DNA of 23,621 nucleotides from an uncultured Acidobacteriota bacterium (lineage in GTDB: Bacteria > Acidobacteriota > Terriglobia > JAJPHL01), in contig CAYPHP010000004.1 of assembly GCA_964410045.1 (NCBI GenBank), forward strand, positions 1-23,621, in the 5' to 3' direction. A model generated the notes under the pieces. The model had not been told where the DNA came from. It did no database searches and was given only the letters and a program-made list of their open reading frames with translations. The position numbers and the translations under genes were made by a program. Positions 23,497 through 23,621 of the stretch are shown one piece after another (position 1 is the first letter of the stretch; each line of letters begins with the position of its first letter).

Positions 23497-23621
23497 AGCG
23501 GATTTCGCGTGGCTACGCGGAACGGCGGCGCCGGGTTGGTGTTTCGATCGCGCGCTGGCGTGGGCCCGGTCCTTGCTTTACCAGTGAGATCCGGACGCTG
23601 TAGCCCATGGCCTTGGCGTAT

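Noticed and set aside
23497-23621. A possible minus-strand gene 3' end at the window's right edge.
   Set aside because: Only ~30 codons are open before an in-frame stop and there is no recognisable motif. It is too short to call.
1-23621. CRISPR arrays, rRNA, IS elements, integrases, phage genes and direct or inverted terminal repeats.
   Set aside because: I found no repeat-spacer periodicity, no transposase, integrase or recombinase-like ORF, and no long terminal inverted repeats. The only tandem repetition is codon-level, in the Pro-rich tract and the TPR repeats.

Overview
This is a high-GC (~65%) chromosomal window. The gene content, and a very large TonB-dependent receptor with an N-terminal carboxypeptidase-regulatory-like domain, suggest an Acidobacteriota-type genome; that attribution is inference only. 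Most of the window is ordinary housekeeping and metabolic coding sequence. Long antisense ORFs are GC-driven artefacts. From start to end: a minus-strand pair (secreted-protein fragment plus a small acidic protein); an apparent operon of small membrane ORF, methylmalonyl-CoA-mutase-family catalytic subunit, tsaD, hydantoinase/oxoprolinase A and B with overlapping start and stop codons; a TPR_12-type repeat protein; a membrane-anchored proline-rich protein with a glycine-zipper domain, followed by an intrinsic terminator; an M16 (HxxEH) zinc peptidase; zapA; a YmdB-like metallophosphoesterase; a small secreted hypothetical (minus strand); the TonB-dependent receptor (minus strand); kbl (glycine C-acetyltransferase); a Hanks-type Ser/Thr kinase (minus strand) preceded by a ZapB-like coiled-coil gene; a 640-bp non-coding region; and an SPFH/band-7 protein. 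I found no CRISPR array, rRNA, transposase, integrase or obvious mobile element. The parts worth a second look are all non-canonical. First, a perfect sigma54 -24/-12 promoter and an intrinsic terminator bracket a ~110-nt ORF-less transcript between kbl and the receptor gene. Second, a strong sigma70-like promoter sits ~110 nt upstream of a tRNA-like cloverleaf (Ser-GCU anticodon loop, short variable arm, bulged acceptor), which is followed by a stably structured RNA leader ahead of the SPFH gene. Third, the kinase carries an unusual ~160-aa N-terminal domain that may be a degenerate nucleotidyl-cyclase-like fold, and it sits 15 nt after, and in frame with, the ZapB-like ORF. Fourth, the SPFH protein has its N-terminal PG-W module triplicated and has no membrane anchor. 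I propose the 19.5-23.5 kb segment (ZapB-like/kinase divergent from promoter/tRNA-like RNA/SPFH) as the best candidate for an undescribed module, but I cannot prove a functional link from sequence alone.
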